A stretch of DNA of 64,000 bases from Candidatus Falkowbacteria bacterium (lineage in GTDB: Bacteria > Patescibacteriota > Patescibacteriia > Patescibacteriales > UBA12465), in the NCBI GenBank assembly GCA_037137655.1, contig JBAXJX010000001.1:225188-289187 (forward strand). The letters run 5' to 3'. A program made the translations under genes and the position numbers. Position 1 is the first letter of the stretch, and the number at the start of each line of letters is the position of its first letter. Of the stretch, positions 9,096-18,133 are shown piece after piece. A model generated the notes under the pieces. It had not been told where the DNA came from. It made no database searches and was given only the letters and a program-made list of their open reading frames with translations.

Positions 9096-9821
9096 ATGCG
9101 TGGAATTATTTTGTCAGCTGGAAATGGAACTCGTCTTCGTCCTTGCACGAAAGTGACTTCCAAAAATCTTTTACCGGTTTATAATCGACCTTTGATTTAT
9201 TATCCACTTAACACTTTGATTAAGGCGGGAATTACGGAAATTTTAATTATTGTTTCGGCGCGTCATGCGGGTGATTATTTAAATTTACTTGGTAGCGGTA
9301 AAGAATTTGGCGTGAAGTTTACTTATGAGATTCAAGACAAGGCTGATGGTATCGCCCAATCTTTTATCATTGGGGAAAATTTTATTGACCAAGAAGATGT
9401 TTGTTTAATTTTGGGTGATAATATTTTTGAAGATGACTTTGCTAAACAAATAAAAAGTTTTAAGAGCGGGGCGAAAATTTTTGCAACACCTGTGAAGGAC
9501 CCAGAACGTTTTGGTATTGTTGAGGTGGATGATAAAAATAATGCTGTTTCAATTGAGGAGAAGCCAGCTAAGCCAAAATCAAATTTGTGTGTGACCGGAC
9601 TTTATGTTTATGACCATCGAGTGGTGGATATTGCTAAAAATTTAAAACCATCAAAACGAGGCGAACTAGAAATTACGGATATAAATAAATGGTATTTAAA
9701 AAAGAAAGAATTGGAAGTAGCAAAATTTAAAGGCGCCTGGATTGATGCCGGAACTTTTGATAGTTTGGTGGAGGCCCAAGTGTTAGCTAAAAAGAAATTA
9801 CACAAAACAATGACAATATAA
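9096..9821 (+). CDS. sugar-1-phosphate nucleotidyltransferase, short RmlA-like form (paralog 2)
   Basis: Same length as, and roughly 80% aa identical (hand count) to, the gene at 8355..9080. Intact ORF. Confidence 0.8.
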   Translation: MRGIILSAGNGTRLRPCTKVTSKNLLPVYNRPLIYYPLNTLIKAGITEILIIVSARHAGDYLNLLGSGKEFGVKFTYEIQDKADGIAQSFIIGENFIDQEDVCLILGDNIFEDDFAKQIKSFKSGAKIFATPVKDPERFGIVEVDDKNNAVSIEEKPAKPKSNLCVTGLYVYDHRVVDIAKNLKPSKRGELEITDINKWYLKKKELEVAKFKGAWIDAGTFDSLVEAQVLAKKKLHKTMTI

Positions 9822-9825
9822 ATTT

Positions 9826-11118
9826 ATGGCGAAAAATATTATTTCAAATCAAGCACCGAAGGGAATGGCTGATTGGTTGCCAGCTGAGTTTGCGGTGCGC
9901 AATTACATTTTTACAACTTGGGAGAAAGTTTGTCGGGCTTATAATTTTGAAAGATATCTAACCTCCACTTTAGAAAATGCTGACGTCTATCGCGCTAAAT
10001 CTGGGGAGGATATTGGTGGTAAAGAGTTGATGGTTTTTGTTGATCAAGCCGGACGGGAATTAGCCTTGCGCCCAGAGATGACTCCAAGCGTGACCCGTTT
10101 AGTGTCACGGGTTTATGATGCTTTGCCAAAGCCGGTGAAGTTTTTTTCCATTGCCAATTTTTTTCGCAATGAAAGACCACAACGCGGACGTAACCGTGAA
10201 TTCTGGCAATTAAATTGTGATATTTTTGGCAGTGATAATATTGCCAGTGATATTGAAATTTTAACCTTAGCGCTCGATTTAGTTTTAGCTTTTAATCCAC
10301 CACGCGATTCTTTTGTGATGAATTTAAATAGTCGTCATTTAATCGATGGCTTATTGGATTCGTTAAAATTAAAGTCGGAGCAAAAAATTCCGGTCGTGCG
10401 CTTACTTGATAAATATACAAAATTAAGTGCTGATAATTTTCTTGGCGCCTTACAAGAATTAAGTTTAAATAATAATCAGATTGATGAGATTGTTAAATTT
10501 TTGAGCAGCCGCAATTTAAATGAATTGGTGGAACGCTTGCCAGAATTTTCTAAGAATAATGGTTATTTAGAATTAAAGAATATTTTTGATGAATTGGAGG
10601 CCTTGGGTTATGGCGATTACATCGAATTTAATGCTAGTGTCATTCGTGGTTTTGATTATTACGATGGCATGGTATTCGAAGTGTTTGATAAGCATCCGGA
10701 TAATAATCGCGCCATGTTTGGTGGTGGTCGTTATAACGGCTTGTCTGATATTTTTGGGGTGAAGAATTTTCCGGCTGTCGGTATGGCACCAGGTGATGAA
10801 TCAACTCGTTTATTTTTAGAGAGTTGGGGATTAATCGAAAAATTAGATTTAAATAAAAACGATAAATTATTATTTTTACCGTTACTTGATAAGACTCTAA
10901 GTTTAGCCACCAAAAAACTAGCGCGCACTTTACGTGGCGCCGGTTATCAAGTGGAGATGAGTTTTGAAGTAATTAAAATGGGAAAGGCACTGGAATATGC
11001 CAATAAAAAGGGAATCGGCAGTGTAGTGATTTTTGGTGGCGATGAAGCGACGAAAAAAGTTTACAAGATAAAAGATATGCAGACTGGCACCGAGAAGGAA
11101 GTGAAAATTAAAATTTAG
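9826..11118 (+). CDS. hisS: histidyl-tRNA synthetase
   Basis: Class II motifs (LRPEMTPS, FRNERPQRGRNREFWQ, GGGRY) plus a C-terminal anticodon-binding domain. Confidence 0.9.
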   Translation: MAKNIISNQAPKGMADWLPAEFAVRNYIFTTWEKVCRAYNFERYLTSTLENADVYRAKSGEDIGGKELMVFVDQAGRELALRPEMTPSVTRLVSRVYDALPKPVKFFSIANFFRNERPQRGRNREFWQLNCDIFGSDNIASDIEILTLALDLVLAFNPPRDSFVMNLNSRHLIDGLLDSLKLKSEQKIPVVRLLDKYTKLSADNFLGALQELSLNNNQIDEIVKFLSSRNLNELVERLPEFSKNNGYLELKNIFDELEALGYGDYIEFNASVIRGFDYYDGMVFEVFDKHPDNNRAMFGGGRYNGLSDIFGVKNFPAVGMAPGDESTRLFLESWGLIEKLDLNKNDKLLFLPLLDKTLSLATKKLARTLRGAGYQVEMSFEVIKMGKALEYANKKGIGSVVIFGGDEATKKVYKIKDMQTGTEKEVKIKI

Positions 11119-11750
11119 TTTTTAAAATAATCTTTGACTGGCGCAAAGCTGCGGCGATGAATCGGGCAAGGACCGTGTTTAGCTAATTTCTCCAAATGTA
11201 ATTTAGTGCCATAGCCTTTGTGCTGCGCAAATTCGTATTCGGGATATTTTTCGTGTAGTTGCATCATCAAATAATCCCGACTCACTTTGGCAATGATCGA
11301 GGCGGCGGCAATACAAAAAACACTGGCGTCACCGCCAATGACTGCTTCTTGGTTTTGTACCACTTTAGGAATTTTAAACTTACCATCAGTCAATATAAAA
11401 TCCGGTTTTACGCCGGATTTTTCTATAGCCGTGCGCATGGCCATAAAACTAGCCTGCAAAATATTTATCTTATCAATTACTTTGTGATCACAAACGCCAA
11501 TACTAACTGAAGTGGCGTATTTTTTGATGAGTGGAAAAAGTTTTTCGCGCGCCTTAGCACTTAATTTTTTGGAGTCATTAATTAATTTTAATTCTTCGGC
11601 GTCAGCGGAAAAGTTTTTATCAACCACCACACAGGCCGCGACCACCGGGCCGGCAAGGGGACCACGACCAGCTTCATCCACCCCAGCTACAAATTCGTAG
11701 CCAAGTTCAAATAGCGCTTGTTCTTTGTTTAAATTTAATTCGGTTTTCAT
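11115..11750 (-). CDS. rnhB: ribonuclease HII
   Basis: GVDEAGRGPLAGPVV catalytic motif. ATG at 11750 (MKTELNL) preferred because the track start at 11765 lies inside the REP-like hairpin. The stop overlaps the hisS stop. Confidence 0.9.
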   Translation of the reverse strand: MKTELNLNKEQALFELGYEFVAGVDEAGRGPLAGPVVAACVVVDKNFSADAEELKLINDSKKLSAKAREKLFPLIKKYATSVSIGVCDHKVIDKINILQASFMAMRTAIEKSGVKPDFILTDGKFKIPKVVQNQEAVIGGDASVFCIAAASIIAKVSRDYLMMQLHEKYPEYEFAQHKGYGTKLHLEKLAKHGPCPIHRRSFAPVKDYFKN

Positions 11751-11759
11751 AATTTTGTT

Positions 11760-11788
11760 TGTCATTCCCGTGTAGACGGGAATCCAGG
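11760..11788 (-). repeat. REP-like palindromic element, copy 1
   Basis: Minus strand reads CCTGGATTCCCGtctacaCGGGAATGACA (7-bp stem), ending 9 nt before the rnhB ATG at 11750. Confidence 0.6.
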
Positions 11789-12196
11789 AGTTTATACTTT
11801 AATCATAGCTCATTAATGATTTTTTCTAAAGCCCCCTTGAAAATTTTAAACTTAAAATTTAAAGCCTCTTATGAAATATCGCCCCTGAAGCGAGTCGAGA
11901 CTTTTTACGGGAAATGTAGCCGCTAGGCGAATTTCGCGGAAAAAGGGCTCGATCGATTCGCCCAAGATATTAAAATCACAAAAGAAAGTGGAGTCTCAAG
12001 ACGAAGCGAAATTACAAGTATTAGATTATAAAAATTGACGTGACCGAAGACTAAGAAGACGGTTATTTATTAATATAAAAACAAAATAGCGCTCTTAATA
12101 ATCTCCGGTATCCTCTCTTAGAACTTTTATTACTATACCAATCACTCCACTTAAGTTCCGTTTACTTCATAGCTCTTTTAAGCCTGGGTGAATCTG

Positions 12197-12283
12197 GCAA
12201 AGCTTTTGAAAAAAGATTTCGCTCTTCGCTCAACCTTTTTTAAAAGCTTCGCCAGCTTCGGGATACGTTGGCTCGGTGAGGGC
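12197..12283 (+). repeat. conserved ~85-nt block U2 (homolog of U1 at 5768..5686)
   Basis: gcaaagcttttgaaaaaagatttcgctcttcgctcaaccttttttaaaagcttcgccagcttcgggatacgttggctcggtgaggg aligns with the reverse complement of 5686-5768. Its 3' half is ~88% identical by eye to 5838-5881. Confidence 0.5.
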
Positions 12284-12359
12284 CGCGTGTGAAAATGCCG
12301 GTTTTATTAGCTTATTTGGCTAATTACAGCCGCGTGTCCGCTTAGCGGGCTATACGCGG

Positions 12360-12388
12360 TTGACTTTTTGCAGTAAATGTGATACAAT
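12360..12388 (+). promoter_or_regulatory. promoter P2 (TTGACT-N17-TGaTACAAT family)
   Basis: ttgactttttgcagtaaatgtgatacaat, 48 nt upstream of the ATG at 12436. Confidence 0.6.
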
Positions 12389-12435
12389 GTTTAAATATAA
12401 AAATAGTAATTTAATAATTCAAAAGGCATATAGTC

Positions 12436-12657
12436 ATGGCAAAGAAAAGTAAAATTCTTGGAGTTTCGGAAATTTTATATGATGAAAACGGTCAACAAAT
12501 AGCATCTATTTGCAGATCAACCAAACCATCATCCGCAAAACAAATTATCAGAGAAATGACTAAAGCTGGATATTGTCCAGTCGGTGTATCTGATTTTTGT
12601 AAAATATCTGAAACATTAAAAAATGGCGGTCAGGTATTAATCGCTTCTAAAAAATAA
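12436..12657 (+). CDS. hypothetical small protein (orphan)
   Basis: 73-aa ORF between promoter P2 and a terminator (12663-12701). No recognisable domain. Confidence 0.5.
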   Translation: MAKKSKILGVSEILYDENGQQIASICRSTKPSSAKQIIREMTKAGYCPVGVSDFCKISETLKNGGQVLIASKK

Positions 12658-12662
12658 ATCTC

Positions 12663-12701
12663 AGACCTTGGTTTGCTAACGCATTCCATGGTCTTTTTTT
12701 A
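12663..12701 (+). terminator. intrinsic terminator
   Basis: AGACCTTGG-14 nt-CCATGGTCT stem with one mismatch, followed by TTTTTTT. Confidence 0.6.
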
Positions 12702-12730
12702 TTGATTTTTTCTAATGAAACTGCTAAAAT
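12702..12730 (+). promoter_or_regulatory. promoter placed for a leaderless Smr mRNA
   Basis: TTGATT (12702-12707)-N17-TGcTAAAAT (-10 at 12725-12730). The ATG at 12737 lies 6 nt after the -10 element. Confidence 0.5.
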
Positions 12731-12736
12731 TTTGAT

Positions 12737-13027
12737 ATGCTCAAAAAAGCCAAGAAAAACAAATACGGTCGGCCAATTGATTGTGAAATTGATTTGCACG
12801 GCCTGACTAAAGACGAGGCGATGGATGAATTGATGGATTTTTTTCAATTTTGCAAAGAGAAGAATTATCGCTATGTGCGCGTAGTGACCGGCAAGGGCAT
12901 TCATTCGCCCAATGGTGTTGGAGTGCTAAATGAAATGGTGCGGGATTATTTGCGCGGTAAATTATATAAATTTTCGAGTGCTAAAATTAATGAGGGTGGC
13001 GATGGCGTCTTCATGATTGAATTATGA
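12737..13027 (+). CDS. Smr-domain protein
   Basis: IDLHGLTKDEA...VRVVTGKGIHS matches the Smr/MutS2 C-terminal nuclease domain pattern. Confidence 0.8.
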   Translation: MLKKAKKNKYGRPIDCEIDLHGLTKDEAMDELMDFFQFCKEKNYRYVRVVTGKGIHSPNGVGVLNEMVRDYLRGKLYKFSSAKINEGGDGVFMIEL

Positions 13028-13731
13028 AAAAGTTAAGTTATAAAAATTTAGAAGCCGACATGATGGCCTTGGCTAATCCGACAAAAGCTAAATTATTGTC
13101 CGGATTTTTTAAAACTGGACCAGGGCAATATGGCGAGGGCGATATTTTTTTAGGAATAACCGTGCCCCAAACGAGAGAAATGTCTAAAAAATACACCGAA
13201 TTAGATTTGTCTAATTTACAGAAATTGTTAAATTCCAAAATTCACGAAATTAGATTGTGCGCTTTGTTGGTCTTGGTGAAAAAATATAAAATCGGAAATG
13301 AAGCTGAGAAAAAAGCAATTGCCGAATTTTATTTGGCCAATGCGAAGAATATTAACAATTGGGATTTGGTAGATTTAACGGCTCCAAAAATATTCGGTGA
13401 ATATTTAATCGGCAAGCCACACAAAGTTCTTTATGATTTGGTGAAATCAGATAATTTATGGGAGCGCCGCATCGCGGTTTTAAGCACCTTTACTTTTATC
13501 CGGGAGAAAGATTTTGCTGATATCATGAAATTGGCCGAAAAATTATTGAATGACAAGCATGATTTAATGCACAAGGCGGTTGGTTGGATGTTGCGGGAAA
13601 TGGGCAAGCGTGATAAAAATAGTTTAGTTCAATTTTTAAATTTACATTATAAAAACATGCCGCGCACCATGTTGCGCTATGCGATTGAAAAGTTTGATAA
13701 CGAAGAGAGACTTAAATATTTAAAGAAATAA
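13024..13731 (+). CDS. DNA alkylation repair protein (AlkD/AlkC-like HEAT-repeat)
   Basis: Family-typical blocks FFKTGPGQYGEGDIFLGI, NNWDLVD, WERRIAVLSTF and HKAVGWMLRE. Confidence 0.75.
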   Translation: MKKLSYKNLEADMMALANPTKAKLLSGFFKTGPGQYGEGDIFLGITVPQTREMSKKYTELDLSNLQKLLNSKIHEIRLCALLVLVKKYKIGNEAEKKAIAEFYLANAKNINNWDLVDLTAPKIFGEYLIGKPHKVLYDLVKSDNLWERRIAVLSTFTFIREKDFADIMKLAEKLLNDKHDLMHKAVGWMLREMGKRDKNSLVQFLNLHYKNMPRTMLRYAIEKFDNEERLKYLKK

Positions 13732-13735
13732 TTGT

Positions 13736-14746
13736 ATGGAAAATTTCCCAGATTTAAACAATAATGAAGTGCCAAAATTACCAGGACTAAAAGTCGTTGG
13801 TAAGATTAATTTGCCGGAAAACACTCGTCGTTTTTCTAAAAAAATTGAAGGCCGTGATTCCTTGCGTGAAAAATTGGATTTATGTTTGAATAAAATGGCT
13901 ACTAAAACTAATGTGAAATTTCCAGAATTTTTACGGGATGATGCGCGTATTAATATGTTAAGCGATGACTATTATTATCATGATAAAACTAAAGATTTAG
14001 CCACCATTCAATATCTTGAAACAACTTTTGCTGCCGGTCAGGATTTTTATGATTGGAATAAAAAAAGAGAGGAAAGTAATGGTATTTTAGTGGAGAAGGC
14101 AATTACGGTTTTATTAGATAAGGTTTTGGGTGCTGATTTTATTGTAACTCGCACTAGCTTGTATGATGATTACCGTCACGGAGTTGATAATTTATTAATT
14201 GATAAGGCGACTGGGGCGGCGATTTGCGGTTTTGATGAAGTGCAAGTAGCTAACATTGAAGAGTCGGATAAAAATGAGGAAATAAAGAAGCATAAGATTT
14301 TGGAAAATAATGACAAATACAATGGCACTTTTGTGAAATATGGCGCCACTATTCGCGACGGTGAGTTTAAACGCTGTTCACTGCACAATGTCCCGACTTT
14401 TTTCTTGTCATTGTCAGAAAATGATTTAGCGGAAATTGCGGCTGACTTAGAGCATGAAGCAGTTTCTGATAAGGAACGCAGCGTTTTGTTGCGGATGATT
14501 GCTTCCATGGAAAAACAAATGATTGAAATTTATGGTGAACATAGCACGCTCGATAATGATTGGCGCGCCGAAAGATTGGAGCTTAAAAAGCGCTTAGAAT
14601 TACTCTCGGTTCGATATGGAGTGACTGGTTGGAGTCGAACACCGGAAGGTTTAACTTTGAAGAAGGAGTTGGGTATTAATAAGTTGCGTCTTAATTTGAA
14701 TAATTTTAAAGAATCACTTAAGACTATTAAGAAAAAAGTGCAATAA
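13736..14746 (+). CDS. hypothetical protein
   Basis: 336-aa ORF in an operon-like position. No recognisable domain. Confidence 0.6.
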   Translation: MENFPDLNNNEVPKLPGLKVVGKINLPENTRRFSKKIEGRDSLREKLDLCLNKMATKTNVKFPEFLRDDARINMLSDDYYYHDKTKDLATIQYLETTFAAGQDFYDWNKKREESNGILVEKAITVLLDKVLGADFIVTRTSLYDDYRHGVDNLLIDKATGAAICGFDEVQVANIEESDKNEEIKKHKILENNDKYNGTFVKYGATIRDGEFKRCSLHNVPTFFLSLSENDLAEIAADLEHEAVSDKERSVLLRMIASMEKQMIEIYGEHSTLDNDWRAERLELKKRLELLSVRYGVTGWSRTPEGLTLKKELGINKLRLNLNNFKESLKTIKKKVQ

Positions 14747-14752
14747 AATTTT

Positions 14753-16123
14753 ATGAATAAAATTTTTTTATATAACACGCTTAGTCGTGTCAAGGAAGAA
14801 TTCGTTCCGATTAAAGACGGTGAAGTCGGGTTATATACTTGTGGTCCAACGGTTTATAATTTTGCCCACATTGGAAATTTACGCACTTATCTTTTTGAGG
14901 ATTTATTGAAACGTACCTTGGAATACAATGGTTTAAACGTAAAACATGTCATGAATATTACCGATGTTGGTCACTTAACCGGTGACCAAGATATGGGTGA
15001 GGATAAAATGGAGAAGGGTGCGGCCACTGAAGGGCGCAGCGCTTGGGATATTGCTTCTTATTATACAGCGGCTTTTAAAGAAGATTTAGCAGCTTTAAAT
15101 ATTATGGCGCCAAACACTTGGTGCCGTGCAACTGATAATATCCCTGAACAAATTTCCATGATTGAAACTTTAGAGAAAAAAGGTTTCACTTACAAAACGA
15201 GTGATGGAATTTATTTTGATACTTCTAAAGTTAAAAATTATAATAAGCTTAGTCATTTGAATTTGGATGAATTAAAAGAGGGCGCCCGAGTGGAAAAAAA
15301 TGAGGAGAAAAAAAATCCGACTGATTTTTCTTTGTGGAAATTTTCACCAAAAAATGAACAACGGCAAATGGAGTGGACTTCGCCGTGGGGTGTTGGCTTC
15401 CCGGGTTGGCATATTGAATGTTCGGCGATGAGTTTGAAATTTTTAGGCAAACAATTAGATATTCATTGTGGCGGCATTGATCATGTTAATATTCACCACA
15501 CCAATGAAATTGCCCAAAGTGAAGCGGCGACCGGTGAAAAGTTTTTTAATTATTGGGTGCACGGCGCTTTTTTAAATATTGCTGGTGGTAAAAAAATGGC
15601 CAAGTCGGAAGGAAATTTTTTAACCTTGCAAAACGCTTTTGTCGCTAAAAATATTGATCCACTAGCTTATCGCTTGGCGGTTTTGAGCGTCCATTATCGC
15701 AAGCCAATGGAATATAATGATGAAATTATTTTAAATACCGAAAAATCTTTAGAGCATATGCGTCATCAAGTAGCTGATCTTGGGGCACTTAAAGGTGAAA
15801 TTAATATGGAATTTAAAGAGCATTTTGTTGATGCGCTTAATGATGATTTAAATTCAGCCCAAGCTTTGGCGGTGGCGCAAGAATTATTGAAATCGGATTT
15901 AAGTAAAGAAGATAAATTAGCGACCATTTTAGATTTTGATCGTGTTTTAGGTTTGTCTTTAAAACAAGATATTCCGGCCCACGTCATTGAATTAGCGGAA
16001 CAAAGAATGGTGGCCCGGCGCGCTAAAGATTTTGCCGAGTCCGATAAATTGCGCGATGAAATTGCGGAGATGGGTTTTGTGGTTAAAGACAATGGTGACT
16101 CTTACGTTTTAATGAACAAATAA
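14753..16123 (+). CDS. cysS: cysteinyl-tRNA synthetase
   Basis: Class I HIGN and KMAKS motifs, plus the WHIECS zinc site. Confidence 0.95.
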   Translation: MNKIFLYNTLSRVKEEFVPIKDGEVGLYTCGPTVYNFAHIGNLRTYLFEDLLKRTLEYNGLNVKHVMNITDVGHLTGDQDMGEDKMEKGAATEGRSAWDIASYYTAAFKEDLAALNIMAPNTWCRATDNIPEQISMIETLEKKGFTYKTSDGIYFDTSKVKNYNKLSHLNLDELKEGARVEKNEEKKNPTDFSLWKFSPKNEQRQMEWTSPWGVGFPGWHIECSAMSLKFLGKQLDIHCGGIDHVNIHHTNEIAQSEAATGEKFFNYWVHGAFLNIAGGKKMAKSEGNFLTLQNAFVAKNIDPLAYRLAVLSVHYRKPMEYNDEIILNTEKSLEHMRHQVADLGALKGEINMEFKEHFVDALNDDLNSAQALAVAQELLKSDLSKEDKLATILDFDRVLGLSLKQDIPAHVIELAEQRMVARRAKDFAESDKLRDEIAEMGFVVKDNGDSYVLMNK

Positions 16124-16125
16124 AA

Positions 16126-17040
16126 ATGGCAAAAAACTTTTGGTTAAAATTAAAACAACCGATTATCGCTTTGGCGCCGATGGCAGGCGTAGGCGACAGC
16201 GCTTTTCGCCAAATGTGTGCCGAGCATGGCGCGCAAGTTTTGTATAGCGAAATGGCGAGTGCGGCTGCCTTATTTTATAAACCAGAGGAAACTTTAGAGT
16301 TGTTAAAATTTGATTTTAAAAAAGAACGACCTTATGTCGTGCAACTTTTTGGTTCCACACCAGAACACTTTGCGGTGGCCGCGCAAATTATTACTAAAAA
16401 AGTAAAACCAGATGGAATTGATATTAACTTTGGTTGCCCGGTAAAAAAAGTTATAAAGACTGGGGCGGGCGCGGCTTTGATGCAAGATTTAAAGAAGTCA
16501 CGCGCCGTGATTGAAGCGGTGATAAATAATACTAATTTGCCGGTATCAATAAAAATTCGGGCCGCTTCCGGAAAAATTTCGGCCGAAAAATTTTTGCTAA
16601 ATATTTCTGATTTAAAAATTACCACCCTAATGATTCACGGTCGAACTTTAGCTCAAGGTTTTTCCGGTGACATTGATTGTAACTTAGTGAAGATGGCGCG
16701 CCAATATTTTTCCGGAATTATTTTAATTAATGGTGGGATTAATAATTATACCGACATTGAAAATATTTTAGCCAAATCGGGTGCGGATGGTGTTGGAATT
16801 GCGCGCGGAGCTTATGGTAACCCTTGGATATTTAGCGGTGAAAAACCGGCTATGCCCGTAATTTTTAAAACCGCTATTAAGCACGCCGCTTTGATGTTTA
16901 AATTAAAAGGGAAGGCTGGAATTATAGAAATGCGTAAACATCTTTGTTGGTATATTAGTGGTTTTGCTGGTGCTGCTGCTATTCGAGCTGAACTCGTTAA
17001 AGTGGAAACACTCGCTCAAATTAAAAAAATTTTAAAATAA
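16126..17040 (+). CDS. dus: tRNA-dihydrouridine synthase
   Basis: [20 protein letters not shown] and IHGRT motifs of the Dus family. Confidence 0.9.
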   Translation: MAKNFWLKLKQPIIALAPMAGVGDSAFRQMCAEHGAQVLYSEMASAAALFYKPEETLELLKFDFKKERPYVVQLFGSTPEHFAVAAQIITKKVKPDGIDINFGCPVKKVIKTGAGAALMQDLKKSRAVIEAVINNTNLPVSIKIRAASGKISAEKFLLNISDLKITTLMIHGRTLAQGFSGDIDCNLVKMARQYFSGIILINGGINNYTDIENILAKSGADGVGIARGAYGNPWIFSGEKPAMPVIFKTAIKHAALMFKLKGKAGIIEMRKHLCWYISGFAGAAAIRAELVKVETLAQIKKILK

Positions 17041-17044
17041 AATT

Positions 17045-18091
17045 ATGAAAAAAGCGTTGATTACCGGGATCACCGGCCAAGATGGATCTTACTTAACAGA
17101 ATTACTGTTAGAAAAAGGTTATGAGGTTCATGGTTTGATTCGCCGTGCTAGCACTTTTAACACTTCACGTATCGATCATTTATATTCTGATTCACACTTA
17201 AATGGCGTGCGTTTATTTTTGCATTACGGTGACTTGGCGGATGCTAGTAATTTGTCACGCTTGATTGAAAAAATTCAACCGGATGAAATTTATAATTTGG
17301 GAGCGCAAAGTCATGTCCGTGTTAGTTTTGATATTCCAGAATATACCGCTGATGTGACAGGCTTAGGTGCCTTGCGTTTGCTTGACGCCGTGCGCGAGTC
17401 TGGTGTAAAAACTAAAATTTATCAAGCTTCATCTTCGGAAATGTTTGGGTTGGTGCAAGAAGTGCCACAACGTGAAAATACACCATTTTACCCACGCTCA
17501 CCTTACGGTTGCGCCAAAGTGTATGCTTATTGGATTACTCGTAATTATCGCGAGAGTTACGGTCTTTTTGCTTGTAATGGAATTTTATTTAATCATGAGT
17601 CACCTCGTCGCGGTGAAACTTTTGTGACTAGAAAAATTACGCGCGCCCTGGCTCGGATTAAATTGGGTGTAGAGGAAAAGTTATATTTGGGTAATTTGGA
17701 TGCTAAACGTGATTGGGGCTATGCCAAGGATTATGTCTATGGTATGTGGTTAATGTTACAACAAGACAAGCCAGATGATTATGTGCTCGCAACCGGTGAG
17801 ACACATACGGTGCGCGAATTTTTAGAGGAATCCGCTAAAGTTTTAGGTTTTAATATTAAATGGGAAGGGAATGGTATAAATGAAAAAGGAATTGATGTGA
17901 ATTCCGGTAAGGTTATAGTGGAAATTGATCCAAAATATTTTCGTCCGGCGGAAGTTGATTTATTAATTGGTGATTATACTAAAGCTAAAAATGAATTGAA
18001 ATGGGAGCCGGCCACCAAGTTTAATGATTTAGTTAAATTGATGGTTGAATCTGATTTAGAAATTGAGAAAAATAAGATTAATTTAAAATAA
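17045..18091 (+). CDS. gmd: GDP-mannose 4,6-dehydratase
   Basis: [24 protein letters not shown] and [16 protein letters not shown] are Gmd hallmarks. Confidence 0.95.
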   Translation: MKKALITGITGQDGSYLTELLLEKGYEVHGLIRRASTFNTSRIDHLYSDSHLNGVRLFLHYGDLADASNLSRLIEKIQPDEIYNLGAQSHVRVSFDIPEYTADVTGLGALRLLDAVRESGVKTKIYQASSSEMFGLVQEVPQRENTPFYPRSPYGCAKVYAYWITRNYRESYGLFACNGILFNHESPRRGETFVTRKITRALARIKLGVEEKLYLGNLDAKRDWGYAKDYVYGMWLMLQQDKPDDYVLATGETHTVREFLEESAKVLGFNIKWEGNGINEKGIDVNSGKVIVEIDPKYFRPAEVDLLIGDYTKAKNELKWEPATKFNDLVKLMVESDLEIEKNKINLK

Positions 18092-18093
18092 TT

Positions 18094-18123
18094 CCTGGAT
18101 TCCGGATCGAGTCCGGAATGACA
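18094..18123 (+). repeat. REP-like palindromic element, copy 2
   Basis: CCTGGATTCCGGAtcgagTCCGGAATGACA (8-bp stem) in the gmd-fcl intercistronic gap, ending 10 nt before the fcl ATG. Confidence 0.6.
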
Positions 18124-18133
18124 GGTTGAAGAT

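Noticed and set aside
9096-9821. Second nucleotidyltransferase copy as a pseudogene
   Set aside because: Full-length and intact, with all N-terminal catalytic motifs preserved.
12647-12904. 85-aa minus-strand ORF
   Set aside because: It is antisense to the well-supported Smr-domain gene and spans a terminator and a promoter.
13024-13027. Alternative genetic code (UGA recoding, as in some CPR lineages)
   Set aside because: TGA serves as the stop of the Smr gene in an ATGA overlap, and the conserved genes translate full length with code 11.
18118-18129. ATG inside the REP-like element (ggaATGaca) as an fcl start
   Set aside because: It runs into a TGA after three codons. The real fcl ATG is at 18134. 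The equivalent ATG at 11765 is in frame with rnhB, but it is probably part of the repeat rather than the start.
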